Source of the DNA: Lama glama
Taxonomy: Eukaryota
Direction: 5' to 3'
Assembly: GCA_028534125.1 (NCBI GenBank)
Contig: CM052817.1
Span: 72,170,001 to 72,234,000 of the forward strand
DNA: 64,000 nucleotides
Below, one piece after another: positions 37,411 to 51,224 of the stretch (the stretch's first letter is position 1; the number at the start of each line of letters is the position of its first letter). The position numbers and the translations under genes are program-made. Below the pieces are notes generated by a model that was not told the DNA's origin, searched no databases, and was given only the letters and a program-made list of their open reading frames with translations.

Positions 37411-40400
37411 TAGATGAATTAATATCCATGCATTCTACTTTTAAGGAAAGTCCTCTGAAATGGAAATAATATAATGTCATTCTAGGGAAATTTAATTTCA
37501 GTTTTTTTCCCTATCTTACATTGTTCAAATACGAATTCAAATGTTTGTGCTCGTTCCTAAGATGTCTGCAATCATCCAAGGATGTTCATTTAATCTTTAT
37601 AATGTTAATTCTGTGTCATTCTTTGTTCTTTAGCACATTGGTCCTCTACTCAAATATTTTTCCTAATTCACTGCATTTTTGAAGCCTAAATATTTTCTTG
37701 ACTCTAGATCACTTGAGGTAGAGAACAGGAGACAATGCGTCCCTTTATGTCAAGGCAATGTCTCTAAGAAATTGATTTTGGAATGGCCTGTTGCTGAAGA
37801 GGCCCTGAGTTATGCATTAAGACAATTTAATTTTGTTCACATCTTGGATGCAACCTTCAGAACTGAATTATTGCCTTGAGAGGGAGGGAAGACAATTGCA
37901 AAAGAGTATCTTTGACTTAGCTCCTCATACATGCTTGGCACTATTACTTGGGATAGGATGGAGGGTCATCTTAATGGGCACTTACCAGTCATCATACTGT
38001 GCAAAGGATAAGGCTTGGGAAGCTAGAGCAGATGACTCCCAAATGCCATTGCAATTCTGACATGCTATGACCCTTGATAGCTACTATCTAGGAGAACAAA
38101 CTTAAGGGCACATTAAACAGATAACTAAAGCCACAAAAACCCCAAATCCGAAGAAGAGCCAGGATTTCTCTCACATTTGGCATTAGATGATGATTTACTT
38201 ACCTCTTTTTATTTATTATTTTATGTGTCATTTATTGACTCATAGAAACTGCCATACAAATCCGGTCCATTTTTCCTTTTGGATGGTTTCCTTCAGAAAC
38301 TGTGGGGAAGAGTTGGTATGAAATTAGAGTCCTCTTTTGTTCTATGAAAAATCACGTACTCCATGATTATGCTCCAAAATTGGATTGACAAACATGTAAT
38401 CACAGATTTCTGAGAGATGCTGTTGTAAGAGCCTGCTAGCTTCTCTTCTTCTCACTGCAGATGCACGTTTGGAATTTGTTTCTTTGGAATCCTTTTGTTT
38501 TTATGTAGTGTTTTTCAATTCTATTCAAATAGTCAATGACATCTCTTTTTTCTTTCTTCATTTTCTTTCTTTCCTTTTTTTTTTTTGGAGCAAAATTACT
38601 GCCTAGGGATCATTAAATCATTAAAATGAAGGCAAAGGAACTTAGAAATTCCTCCATTTAAAGTGTTTGGTTATATGTAAGGGAAAGAACAGTATATAAC
38701 GTATTAAAGAGCAAGGATAAAATATCGGCAATATTAACCTTCCTTTTAAGCTGGTGGTAGACAGAACACTGGCATCCTTCAAAAGTCCTGCAGCCCTTTT
38801 AAACTATTCAGAATTTGGGCTCCTCAGGCTAGCTTAGAAACACACAGCACTGCTGCTGAAGATTGGAAAAAGAGCTTGAGGTCAGAGGTCGACACAGTGA
38901 GAGAGTTTGCTGTTTAAGAGGTTATCTGTGGATCTGCAAAGCCAAAGTGTAATTGGGTTTTGTGATGTGATTTTAGTGTGTAATTGTATATGATCTTAGA
39001 TAGTTTCAAAGACAAGCTTGGAAGATTTTTCTAGCCTGTTTGTGATAGCAATTTTAGGGATTGTGTGCAATCTTAGATGGACAATTCAAAATGATCAAAA
39101 ATAGCCATCAGACGTAATACAGCAAGTCCTTGATTCACCCTAATTATAATTTCAGCACATTGATTTTACTGTAACGTGTGCTTTCTTTTTAGGACATTAC
39201 CTTGGCTAGGAGAATAAAGATACTTAATTTTCATCACTGGTATCAGTATAGCCAGTTTTATATCATCAGCACTGTTCTCTGTGTTTCAGAGTCTGAATTT
39301 ACTTGAGGATTACTGAATCATTTTAAAGAAAGAAAAAAGTTAAAGCATTGCAATTGAATGTCTAGGATTCTTTTTGCGGCTAAATTTGTCAAGTTTCTGA
39401 TTCTTGACTGTCCTAAACTATAAGGAAATAAACATTTCCTTATTGTTTTGGTTGTTTAGGGTTGCCTTGATTAAGCTGTCACTGCTGTCAGTTATGTTCT
39501 TATAAGCCTGGTTGGATCTATTTCATGTTAGGAAAAAGCTCTGATAAATCCGGGAAAGCTTAATGTTTATCCAATGTGAAAATAATTACTCAAAAGTGTT
39601 ATTCTTAATCCAGATAATTAGAGTGAGGAAGGAAAGATCAGTGTCATTGTGAATTATGCCCCGGCAATTGACTCTTGGTCCTTGTAAGTTTCAGGTGAAG
39701 ATGTGAATGGATAAAGGTTAGATTAAACATAATCCAAAGTAGCTGCAACCTTAATCTGTTATGATACAAGGATGATCACTTAAAAAGAGCTGGATTGTGG
39801 GATTGTTTCTGGTTGGATAAGATGCCGCTCGACTGGGACTAGTCTTAAAACATGCTTAGCACCATGTCACTGCAGCTGTAAGCACTTGTGCACGACTGCA
39901 GCCTGCCACAACTAACAGGCATTCCTGGGCTCAAGCTGTACGTCAGAGTATCATACTTTCACAATATCTGGGCTTCACATTAACATGCCTTCCAATGGTC
40001 TGCATGGAAAAAATATTTCCTGTGACCTTTGTGGCATCTCTTCTTGGTTGTAATAAGCATGAATTTGGAATCTGCTAAAACTCTGGCATAAAGTACGCAG
40101 CCATTTATTAACATACAATTGGAGGATATATTTGTAATTGAGCTTATTTTTGCTCCATTTCAACATAGGAACTCTATTGTAAATATGATTCTTTAAGGAG
40201 ATTCACAGCGTTCATAGAACTAGTTATCTATCAAGCATTTTGAAAATGAAGTTAATCTTTTCTAAATATTTCTGCGGAGTTAAAAAAGAATTTTTTTGAA
40301 GTATGGGTAATGAGATCCAAAAAGGCTTTTAATACATGATGCAAAATCCAGACTTTTATTTTTTAATTGAAAGGAAAAAATATTTGGAGTTTCATCTATT

Positions 40401-40963
40401 TCTCCCGATAAATCTCAGAAATTTAATATGCTTAATTTCTGAATTGTTACATTGGTTTGGTTTGATTACAGAAAATGGAATAAAATTTTTTTAAGCAATT
40501 GTCACGTGAAACCTTATTGCTTAAATTGAAATGTATTGCTATTTTATGATAAATTAATTTTAGTTAATGCTTAAATGAACATTTAATAATTTGTATGGTT
40601 ATTGATTTCTCTCTCAAGTAAAATTATGTTGTGTCACATTTGTTGCCAAACAGTTAAGAAAATAGCTATTGCAATATGAAAAGTTACTAAAGTGAATTTT
40701 TTTAACACATTTCACTTACTTGGAATAATCAAATTTCCAAAAGATTAGTTTGGATATTTTTATAAAGTGTATTTTAATAAATATCACTCTAATATATCAA
40801 TATATTTTTAAACTTCATTGAAATCCAAATTTACTCCATCTGATACTTGTCCTTGGACATAACATAATATCTTATAAATGTATCAGATATGTTTTATAGT
40901 GATATGAATGACTTCAATATGTATTTGTGTAAAATTTATTTTTCAAAGACCGTGAACATTGGG

Positions 40964-41310
40964 CATTCACCACCCACATTTAAACACTAAATTTTACCAA
41001 GGGCCTGATATGTGCCAAATGGTGGTCTAGGGGCTGTGACTATAGCAGTGAACAAAACAAACACCCTGCTTTCACAAAGCTTAAATTTTTGTGAGCAGAG
41101 AGAAAAAGTGAGATAATAAGTAAATGTACAATATTGCAGAAGAGTGGCAAATGCGATGAAGAAAAATGGATGGTGAGGGGTTTGGGAATGGGGTGTGGCG
41201 AGTCACTATTTAAGATGAGGCTAGGGACGGCCTCAGAGAAGATGACATTTGTGAAAAGACCTGAAGAGTAAGAGAAAAAGGGTCCTGTGGTAGTCTTGGC
41301 TAAGCATGTG
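40964..41310 (-). mobile_element. L2 (L2a-like) fragment
   Basis: tatgtgccaa..ggtctaggggctgtgactatagcagtgaacaaaaca; ggcctcagagaagatgacatttg..aagacctgaag. Confidence 0.75.
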
Positions 41311-43059
41311 CTAGCTTCCAGGTAATTACTCTTTCTTGGTAAACAGAATAATTTAACCAGGTGGATTTTTCATTGGTTATTCAAAACATAGTTATCATTT
41401 TAGAATTTACTGATGAGTTTTACTAGATTTTTCTCTATATCAAAAATATATATTAAAATCGAAAAATCTGCAATAAGCTGCATTTCTAAAATATTTGTAA
41501 ACACATCATTTGATTGATTTTGGGAGGGCACAAACATGTCCTTACCGTCCGGATAATGATGGAAAGCATATAGCTCCCAGTCTTTAAGAAAACGTGCTTG
41601 TGTTCTTGTATGAAAGAGTAAGAGCAAGAAGGAAGAACGTCTCTTGGTGCTTATTCAATTGCCTGTGGATGCTAGGGGCCAGAAGAATTGCGTTGTCATT
41701 GTATGTTCTCCCACCTATAGGCAGGTGTCTCAAACCTGGCCTCGCCTTGTGAGTTAGGTAATCTAATAGGCCTGAGGGCCAGCATACTTGGACATCTTGT
41801 CTACTTGACTTGTTATCATTAGAACTCATTTCTTAATTTTCAATGCACTATTTCATTACAGATATACTCAAGAGAAGTTGCATTTTATATTTTCATCATT
41901 CATTCACATTTCAATTAAAATATATTTATCTGATAATCACTGCAGGAAAGAATTTGCTAAGGAAGAAAGGAGAATGAACATGCAGTTACTAAGTTCCCAG
42001 ACAAGGAGAGGAAGATGAGGGACACAACTGAGAGAAGAAAACTTAGGGAAAGGGGAAGCTGAAGTTATTAAAGACAACATTTACCAATTCACAATTCTAG
42101 AACGAGGGCTTCTGGGAAAAGCTCTAGCCAATAGTCTATTAGGACTGCCTTATAGCAAAGACAGAATGAGGCACAGTAAAAGGTAAAGTCAGATGAGGGT
42201 GCAGAGGTCCAGAGAGAAGTGACAGCCTTTGCCCAGGTTCGTGCGCACAGTATTGGGAGAGCTTGAACTACTCCCAGTGTAGTGCACCAGAACAGCAAAT
42301 GGCTTCTCGACTGGTGCACACAGTCTCAAATTTAGGAAAAGACAGTGTTCAAATGGTCATCAAGCTTCTATTTTCTCTTAAGAAAAAAGAAGCTATACTG
42401 AATAGTTAGGTTCAGAATAAAGCTGAACCATAATACACCTGAGCCCCAAATTCTGAGGCCTCTGTACAATAATCATTTTTGAGCCCAAGTTGCCATAAGC
42501 CTGAACCCTACTGAACACGCCATGGTATCCCCTTCCTCTAATCCTTGACTCTTCAGCTGAAAGACTTGAGGATTCTTGAGAGAAAGGAAATTGCGTAGAG
42601 GTGATGGCTGCCAGGAAGACCCCAAGGCAGGGCCAGCTGGGGAGACTGGGTAACAGCTCTTGGTGTGGTTCTTTGGACATGGGAGTAGGGTAGCAGGTAA
42701 AAAGTCTGGGCACTAGGCTCACCAGCAGCAGCTCTCACAGCTGCTAACGGAAGATTTGACGGCCACTGAAGATGGGACCACATGGGCAGAACAGCACAAC
42801 ACTATTATGCATTGGGTAGCTACTACTCAGAGGTACTTAGGGCAGAGACAGCCCTTGGCTGGTGTGGTTGGCACCACTGTCTCCTTTATTGTTCCTTGGG
42901 AGCGGGTGGAGGAGTTATCAGTCTGTTGGACTAGAATTAAAGTGCAATATTGTGATTTTTAAATGATTCATCCAAAAATAATTATTTGTCCTCATGAAAC
43001 AATTAACTCCTCCCTCACAGGTAGAAGAACAGAAGTTTGAACTTTATGATGATAAGAAA

Positions 43060-44950
43060 TTGGCATTTAGATAAGACATTCACCAGGGTTCAATCTAAAC
43101 ACAGAATGTTTGCCTTGGCAGAAGGCATGTAACTTAGCAGTACATTTCAGAAAGACAAGGGGGAGATATCACATGATCACCTCAACCGATTCAGTTTGCA
43201 AAACAAAGACAAATTATTAGTACATTAGAAACAGGAATCAAACAACCTCATGAATATAAAAAGATCATTAATTGTATTTTTTCATTTCTAAGGAGTAACT
43301 TCACAATTGTTTGTACCTCAGGCGTGATTAAAGACGGCATTTCACTTACAGGTCATCTATTATGCCCAGTTCCTTAAACTAAGAAATAAAGGACAAAGGT
43401 GGTCATTATTACTAATAATGATTTAATGTCTGAAAGTTCTTGACAAGAAAACAACACAAGAACAGACATAAAAGCTATACCATCAGGAAGAATACAAATC
43501 CGTTGTTAGGAGCAGATTGTATTACTTATGTTAAAACACGATAAACGCAATAAAAGAGCAAGTAGTAACTTGGGAAAATGTTAGCAATATATATGACAGG
43601 CAAAGAAGTAGAATTCTGAAATATGAAAAACCCTTAAAAATGAAAGGGAATAGTCTCCACAGGAAAATGGCAACATTTAAAAAAAAAGAAAGAAAGAAAG
43701 GGAGAGAGAGATAAATCAGAAAAACACATCCCTAATTTGTGAAAAGGAGAAAGCTCCATTTCATTAATGTTCAAATTAGGATAACTATAAAATATCACTT
43801 GTTTTGTGTTAGTTATCTAGTGCTGTGCAATCAACTACCCCAAAACTTAGCAGTTTAAATAACAAACATTCGTTATCTCATATTTTCAGTGGGTGAGGAA
43901 TCCAGATGTGGCTTAGTTCCGTGAGCTCAGAATCTCTTACAAGGGTGCAATGGAATTATCATTTGAACTGGAGTCATCTCCTAGTCTGACTAGGGGACTA
44001 TTTGACCTTAATGCCATTCATGTGGCTTTTGGCAGACTGCTGGTTCTCCCTGGCTGTTGGCCAGAGATATCAGTTCCTTGCCATGTGCATCTTTTCACAG
44101 AGCTTCTCACAACTGGCAGCTTTCCACAGGGGAGGGAGAGGGAGAGGAAGAGAGCCCAAGATGGAAACCACTGTCTCTTTGGAACCTAATTTTGGTAGTG
44201 GCATCCCCAGCCCCTTGCTTCAATAATATTCTATCGAATAGAAGTAAATCAGGAATCCAGACCAACTCAAGGGGAGAGTATCACACAAGGGTGTGACTAC
44301 CCTAGGGCAGGAGTCACTGGGGGCTATTTTGGAGACTATGCATTCACACCTCCCACTAAACAGCAAGGATCAACAATAAACAATTAAAGACATCAACTGG
44401 CAAAAACTTTTGTGTCATAAAGGGCAAGGTGGAATATAGTCTGGTAAGGGTATACATTGGCCTAAACATTCAGGAGACTATTTTGTCTGACACGTAATAA
44501 AATGTTCATACTCTTGGACCCATAATTACATTTCCAGAAATTTATCATAAGGATAAAAGATGAGACACACACAAAGATTTATGTGAAGGAATATTCATCA
44601 GAGCCTTATTTATAATAACAGAAAGTAATAAACTAACTTCCACAAATAAAGGAAAGGTAAAGTGATTCACAGTTAAATATGGATGATAGAATATTTTAAT
44701 CACTTTACAATGTCTCCAAAATAGATTTCACACCAATTAGTAAAGGATTATAATGTTTTAAACAAGCAAACAAAAAAATTGCAAACTCCTATGTAGTATG
44801 ATTTTTATTGTAATAAAAAGTTTTGCATAAAGTATGTATATATACATAAAAATGTATATTTTATATAAATAAATATATACATATACATACATAGAGACAG
44901 AGAGAGTTATCAATAAAACTGTTACCAGTATGTAGCCTTGGGCAAGAAGA
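43060..44950 (+). mobile_element. Ancient L1ME ORF2/3' region, interrupted by MLT1 at 43805-44348
   Basis: atcacatgatcacctcaa, tgggaaaatgttagcaatatatatgacaggcaaag, gacccataattacatttccagaaatttatcataagga, caaagatttatgtgaaggaatattcatc. Confidence 0.6.
43805..44348 (-). mobile_element. MaLR LTR (MLT1F-like)
   Basis: tgtgttagttatctagtgctgtgcaa..ctaccccaaaacttagcagtttaa; cagttccttgccatgtg; cacaagggtgtgactac..ggcaggagtcactgggggctattttggagact. Confidence 0.85.
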
Positions 44951-45499
44951 TTAGAGGAATTGTGAGTGAAACTTTCAAAAACATAGTTTGATTTGTAAAA
45001 ATGTCTGTGTGTACAAAAAGGAGCTTTCCTAATATTTTTTTTGCTCCTTCATTTTCTCTATCCAGTGCAAAGTAGAGGGTTGTGATTTAACATAAAGACA
45101 TGATTAGCTCCATTGGCAGCAGCATGTGCAGCCACTCTAATTGGTGGTACCCCACATGGTGGGCAGGACCCAAACTGTGCCAACCACAGGCTGAGAGCTC
45201 TTTCCATACCAGTATTAGTCTTGGCTAAAATGCTATGTGATGATAACAAATGCTGTACTACAAAAGTAATTTCATGTTGGCATACATTTAACATTATTTG
45301 ATGCTTTTTAGCTGAAGTTACCGAGTTTTAGTTATGCTTCTTAATATGAATCTAGTATAAATCTTGCATAAATCTTCAAGAAGTCAAATCTCACAACTGT
45401 CAGTTAACATTTTTCAAATCACCGTAACATGTTTGAAAGTAGAGTAGGTAAGCATTTGAAACAAAGAGATCGATCAGGAAAATGCTTATTCTTAACTTT

Positions 45500-45726
45500 G
45501 ATGGCTTTAGATATCCACTTCGAGATTTCACTTCTAACCAAGTCCAGCCCATTACCTCATCCTGTGGAAATCATTTCTTTAACGTCTGTTTCTCCCGCTA
45601 AATTGTGAGAAATATGAGGTCCAGACATTATCTGCCTTATCATCTATCTATTTCTAGTACCTTAGCACAGTGCCTGGAGCTTCTCAGGGACACCATAGCT
45701 CTTTATTAATTGAATGAATGAATGAA
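45500..45726 (+). mobile_element. L2 3' tail
   Basis: tgtttctcccgctaaattgtga..., ccttagcacagtgcctgg..., tgaatgaatgaatgaa. Confidence 0.7.
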
Positions 45727-46076
45727 ATTCTGGGCATTTGAGTCTGTTTATGATAACATGTCTGGGACCTTTCACCTTGTTTCTGCCCTGTTTCCATTCT
45801 CCCCAAGACAGGGAAATTAACAACCCATGATAACAGTCTATTAGCTTTGATAACATTCTTTGTCCCAACTTTTGTTCCACCCCGGCACAAGACACTGAGC
45901 AAGGAAGATAACTGTCCAAATAACAAACTAAAGCTAGCCAATTCTGATAGGACACTTGGTTTTGTTTCATTAAGTAACACAAAGTAACTGTTATATTTGT
46001 CTTTTTCTGTTACTTGGTTAAATGTGTTGGGTCTTTGGTCATTGTGTTTTTATGTACATCAGTCTGGAGTTCAAGT

Positions 46077-46080
<4 letters not shown>

Positions 46081-46111
<31 letters not shown>
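46081..46111. repeat. (TG)15 microsatellite
   Basis: Read directly. Confidence 0.95.
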
Positions 46112-46112
<1 letters not shown>

Positions 46113-46118
46113 TATGAG

Positions 46119-46606
46119 TGTGGCAGGCAGAATAATGGCCCCTGAATATGCCCATCCCCTAATTTCTGGAACTTGTGAATATGTTACCTTGCACAGCAGA
46201 AAGGACTTTGTAGATAAGATTAAAAGTACAGACTTTGAGATGGAGGAATTTCCCTGATATCTGATGAACTCAATCTAATTGCACGTGTCCTTTAAAAGTG
46301 GAGAAACTTTTCCAGCAGTGATTAGAGATGTGACAATGGAAGAAGAATCAGAGCGATGTGACATTGTGTCTTCGAAGACGGAGGACGGATGCCCCGAGTC
46401 AGTGAGGGTTGGAGGTCTCTAGAAGCTGGAAAACCAAGGAAACATATTCTCCCCTTAGTCTCCATAAGGATCATAGCCCTGCCAACACTTTGATTTTGAC
46501 CCTGATAGATCCCAGTAGGATTTCTGACCTACGGAACTGTAATGTAGTATCTTGTGCTAAGTCACTAAGTTTGTCGTTTGTTACAATAACATAGACAATA
46601 AATGCA
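46119..46606 (+). mobile_element. MaLR LTR (MLT1D-like)
   Basis: Starts tgtggcaggcagaataatggccc; acttgtgaatatgttacctt; ctctagaagctggaaaa; cagccctgccaacactttgatttt; ends near aatgca. Confidence 0.9.
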
Positions 46607-47380
46607 GTGATGCTGTGATTAAATTCTTGTCAATCTATTTGCTTAGGTCTAAAATAGTCATTTTAATATAGACATTTATTCAAAAATTATATCTTTATAT
46701 TGGCTTACTGTTTGGCTAAGCACATTTAAATGCATATGGATTTTATAGATTGGCCCTGTTGGTTAAAAGAAAATATACTCAGGTGGGCCAGATGGAATTT
46801 TAACAGGTGGTGTTTCCTTCCTGCTACTTTTTGGGGGATTTTCTGGGAATCATTATAAGTAGTTAAATTAGAGGATATGGTGCCGTGGATGTGTTTTCGT
46901 TCTCCAAGGAGGTGGAGAAGAGCAGAAGGAGTCTGGGGGCTGGAAGTTTTCTTGGTATTTGTGGTCAGGTTGGTGAAATATTTTGTGGGCTTGTTGAATT
47001 TATATATGACTCTTTTAGTCATAATCTCTTGGCAATGTGACAATAGTACCTTTTATCTCGAGTTTTCCAGTATTTGACTTGTTAACATCAATGTGGGAAT
47101 AAAAAGATGAAAACAAGAAACTCGAAGGTTAAACAAATTATACCAGATCATGGTTAAAATTGACTTCGAGGTTAAACTTGGTTTCTTCCATTTCTACCTC
47201 TATTATTTAACCATGATGAAAAAAATAAGCCAATGCTCAAAATGTTAAGAAGCAACCAATTTTATATAAATTCTTTACTTTTTACAAAGTATTTCTTTTT
47301 AAGAAATTTTGTAAAATTTCAACTATGTAAAGTGCCATGAATATCTTCAAGTTCAGAAATACTTTTTCTTCAGTTTGGCA

Positions 47381-47790
47381 TACATGCTGGTCTTCTATTA
47401 CTGTCCTAACAAAGTACCACAAACATGAGGGCTTAAAAACAACACAAATTTATTCTCTTAGGTGCAAAAATCAAGGTGTTGGTGGGGCCGGAGGCTCCAG
47501 AAGAGAATCTGTTTCTTTGACTTCTCTACCTTCTAGAGAATGCTCGAATTCTTCGTCTCGTGAGCTCGTCACTCTGATCTACTGCGTCTGTCACTACATC
47601 CCCTCCTCCCTTTCATAAGGGTCTGTGTGATTACATCAGGTCCATTCAGATAATCTCCCCATTTCAAAATCCTTAATGCAATCACACCCACAAGCCCTTC
47701 TGCATTATGAGGTGATGTTCAGAGGTTCCAGGGATTAGGGTGTGACGTATTGAGTGACGGTGGGGAGGTGGCTGTTTTCAGCCCACGACA
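47381..47790 (-). mobile_element. MaLR LTR (MLT1B/C-like)
   Basis: taacaaagtaccacaaac..gcttaaaaacaacacaaatttattctc; gataatctccccatttcaaaatccttaa; aggttccagggattagg. Confidence 0.85.
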
Positions 47791-48084
47791 GTATAAGCCA
47801 GAAATCACAGATGCTCTGAAACCTCTCAGTACCATCCTTACCTTTGAAGTCCTGACTCTCCTTTTGCAAGGCCATTCCCTGTAAAACTCCCTTGTTGCTG
47901 TTTCAACCAAGACACTACATGGAATTCACAGAGTAATAGCACTAAAGTGTTGTCTGAGGCTTGGGAATTATTTCGTCTGCAACTTTTTGAATCAATGAGG
48001 AAACAGATGAATACTTTTACATTATTAGCTCAAAGTTACCTGCAAAGCTTAGAGGTAGAGCGAGGGCCAAGACAGGACAAAGGG

Positions 48085-48640
48085 AATAACAGTTACTGGG
48101 TGCCCATCTTTTGCCAGACTCTATATGTTTTGTAAATCTCCTGGGTCAGTCTTGTTACTTTCAAATGTTTAGATACAGAAAGTAAGACTAAGAAAATAAC
48201 TGACTCACCTAAGAGCACACAGATATTCTCATAAACCTGAGTCCTGCTCATTAATATCCACTGCCCCTTCCTGTATTACTTTGCCCTGTTGAGCTCAGGT
48301 GTAGATATGCCATTTGCTTTAGTCAATGGATTGTGTCTCCTCCAACCTGAATTTTTAAAAGCTAGTGCTTGCTTTGCCATACTCCTTTTTCATCTTGCTA
48401 CAATAACTGGCCATGTTGTCAATAAAACATGCTTTGTTATCCTGGGTCTTAAGGGGAAATGACCTGGACAATAGTAGATACTCCAAGCAAGAAGTGAGCC
48501 TACTGTATTGCAGGCCACTGAGCTTTGGAGGTCTTTCGTTACTCCTGTCTGACCTAACTTATCCACCTGAAGCAGTTATTGAGTGTCAGTGAAAGAATCT
48601 AAACTCGAGTCTTTCTGAATTCAAAGCCTATGTTCTACAG
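48085..48640. mobile_element. MIR (minus strand) split by an old MLT1I/J-like LTR (plus strand, about 48240-48574)
   Basis: MIR: ttactgggtgccc..tgccagact, tgactcacctaagagcacacag, later aactcgagtctttctgaattcaaagcc; LTR: ttgctttagtcaatgga, gccactgagctttggaggtc..gttact. Confidence 0.55.
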
Positions 48641-48924
48641 TCTAGACAACAGGTTCTTATGTTAGTGTTTATTTCTCCACATCGTGAGACACATGCAAGG
48701 TACGGGGAAACTATCTTAGACTATGGACTGGTTATAAAGACTTTGCCCTAAGTAAGTTTGTGATATAGGTAGATATTAAAATTTAAGAAGGACTAGATTA
48801 TTACTGTCTTAAGCTTTTGTCATCAGTTATTTGAATATACTTTCTGTGAAAGAAACTAAGCAATGATACTGGCCTTAGTAACAGATAATAAGCAATGGAG
48901 TGGAGACTACGCTCAATAGTTGTC

Positions 48925-49075
48925 TTCTAGACATTAACTTTCTTAATCCTCACAAAACCTCTGTCAAGTAGGTGTTACTATCCTCAACCCGCTTTTTAGA
49001 TAAGAAAACTAAGGCACAAGCAGTAAACGGTAGAGCTTGCATTAGAACTGGCTATACTCCTAAACCTTACTTAGC
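48925..49075 (-). mobile_element. MIR fragment
   Basis: ttaatcctcacaaaacctctg..gtaggtgttactatcc..tttagataagaaaactaaggcaca. Confidence 0.7.
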
Positions 49076-50113
49076 CCCCTTTCAATCAAACTTGTTAATT
49101 CATTCCAAATGTTCACAATCAAACCAACACAATTAATATATGGGAATTTAAGAGCACTGGAATATAAACTAAAACATACTTAAATTTTTGTATTGCAACT
49201 TCTGCTTTATGTAGAGCTTTACATACAGCTGTTGTTTCTCTATGGCAAGATACTAGCCGATTCAAAGCACAAATCAAACCAGAACCAGATTGGTGCTTTT
49301 AAAGAAATGTCTGGCTGTCTGACTAAATTAATGGAGTAGCCATAATTAGATCTACAGTGTTCTGTAATCTCCCCCTGTAACTACCAGACTTGTTAATCAC
49401 AACTACTCTCACTGTCACCATTTTTAAAGTCTCTGTCTATTGCTTCAATTAAAATACAGATACATCTGTGCTACTGGTCTGTCTTTTTTCCATCTGTGCC
49501 ACTATGATATCCGTTTGACTTGTCATCCCATTGGCTTTTGTAAAGAGCTAATAATTTTTTAAGTGTTAGATATGAAATTCAAGCACCATGCAGTCAAAGT
49601 CCCTGTATAAAGCAAAGCCTGTCATAAGGAGTGAGTGATGCATCGTTTCAGGTTTGAGAAAGCGGTTAGGAAATGAGCTGCTGGGACACCTGCCAGAAAG
49701 CGTGGGCCCTGCAAGACAGTGTTTTTGAAGCCAGGAGACCTAACTGTGTAACACCTTAAGGTATAAAAAACATTTTCCTTTCAGAGTCCCTTGGTCACAC
49801 AGACACATGGCACTGAGAACATGTCCTCTTTCTTAGCTGTTGACTAATATCAGTAACGAACAGATGCATTTCGACTTCCTGTGACTTACAGATGTCATGA
49901 GACCTCCACAACTGTATCACTTACTAACATTATAAAAATCACTATTGATGATACAGTATCTGATGTTTCTTCAAGGACAAGAGGAATAACCTCCTAAATC
50001 ATCCATTAGTTCTTTTCCTGTCAATGGTAAAAAATCTTCAGCATTCTAGTTTCTACATAGTATTCTGACATATTTATGTTCCTTGTTCAGAAGGTTGAAG
50101 CTGTATTACTTAC

Positions 50114-50268
50114 GGTGAAATTCCAGGTGGTCACAGTACATAAGCAGGAGCATTTATCAGAGGAGTGGTTTACTGTGCAATTGCCTAACATTTGGAGATT
50201 ACTCTTCTGAATACTTTTCCTGCCCTCCTACTCCTCACACACCTTAGATCTCACCGAGCCTCGAGTAT
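50114..50268 (-). other. Candidate internal exon (155 nt), unverified
   Basis: Minus strand: branch-like ttgAc, then tccctgtccttgttatttctttcag|ATACTC...CACC|gtaagt; all three frames have early stops. Confidence 0.4.
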
Positions 50269-51224
50269 CTGAAAGAAATAACAAGGACAGGGATAGTCAA
50301 CTTGTGTATGTGAAAAAGATGGGCAGATGAAAATGCAGCGCTATAAAAATACAGCATTTTGAGCTTCAAAAACAATTTGACGTACGTTTAGTCTAATAGT
50401 TAGGTTGAATTTTTATTTATTAAACCTATTTTTTTAATCATTTGGAAATCTGAACTCATTTGTTGTGATTCCTTTTAAAAGCTTAGCAAAGTGAGTGATG
50501 TTTTCTGGCTTGCTCTATAAAAGCAGAACATCACTAGGAAGACTATTTCTCCATTAGTTGAAGGTTTTCTGTATTGCATTTCTTGTGCTTTAACCCTGTG
50601 TTTTTGAGCCAATGCCATCAGTACATCTGGAATTAAAATTTAGAGCCTTAGAAAACCGAAAGAGTAGTGTTAAATGAAACAAGAGAATGTTTTGATTTAT
50701 TGGAATGCATAGTAAAAATCATGCATGAATTATGTATACCAGTTATGGTCATTTATTAATGTATGTAATACCAGAACCACTTTTTAAAATTCAAAATATA
50801 GAGTATAATTTCGAAAAATAAAAACCAAAAAGAGTTCTAGCTAAGAACTATTTAAGATTTTTTGAAACATTATTTCAAATATTTTTAAAGCTAAAAACAT
50901 TTAAAACTTGCATAAGTGTAAATATAGCTTAATTCAATCAGCAGAACAAGAAAAGAAAGTATTAGATGTATTTAGACTCTGTATAGGATTGTGGGCTAAG
51001 AGTGACTACTATTACACAATGACACACACAGATACCTATAGACAGACACAGAGGGAGAAAGAGATACATATGTGTGAATGTGTATATTTCATTTTATGTT
51101 TCTATTTTTATTATCTTGCAGCTTCACAAATAGCTTTTGTGTTTAATTATTGAACATAATAAATATGTAATGCTTTGTTGTTTCATTGACAGTAATGTAT
51201 TGCCATAGTGTTGCAAAAACTTAC

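Noticed and set aside
38441..38560. Strong plus-strand acceptor followed by ATG at 38461
   Set aside because: No convincing donor, and the downstream sequence is T-rich and low complexity
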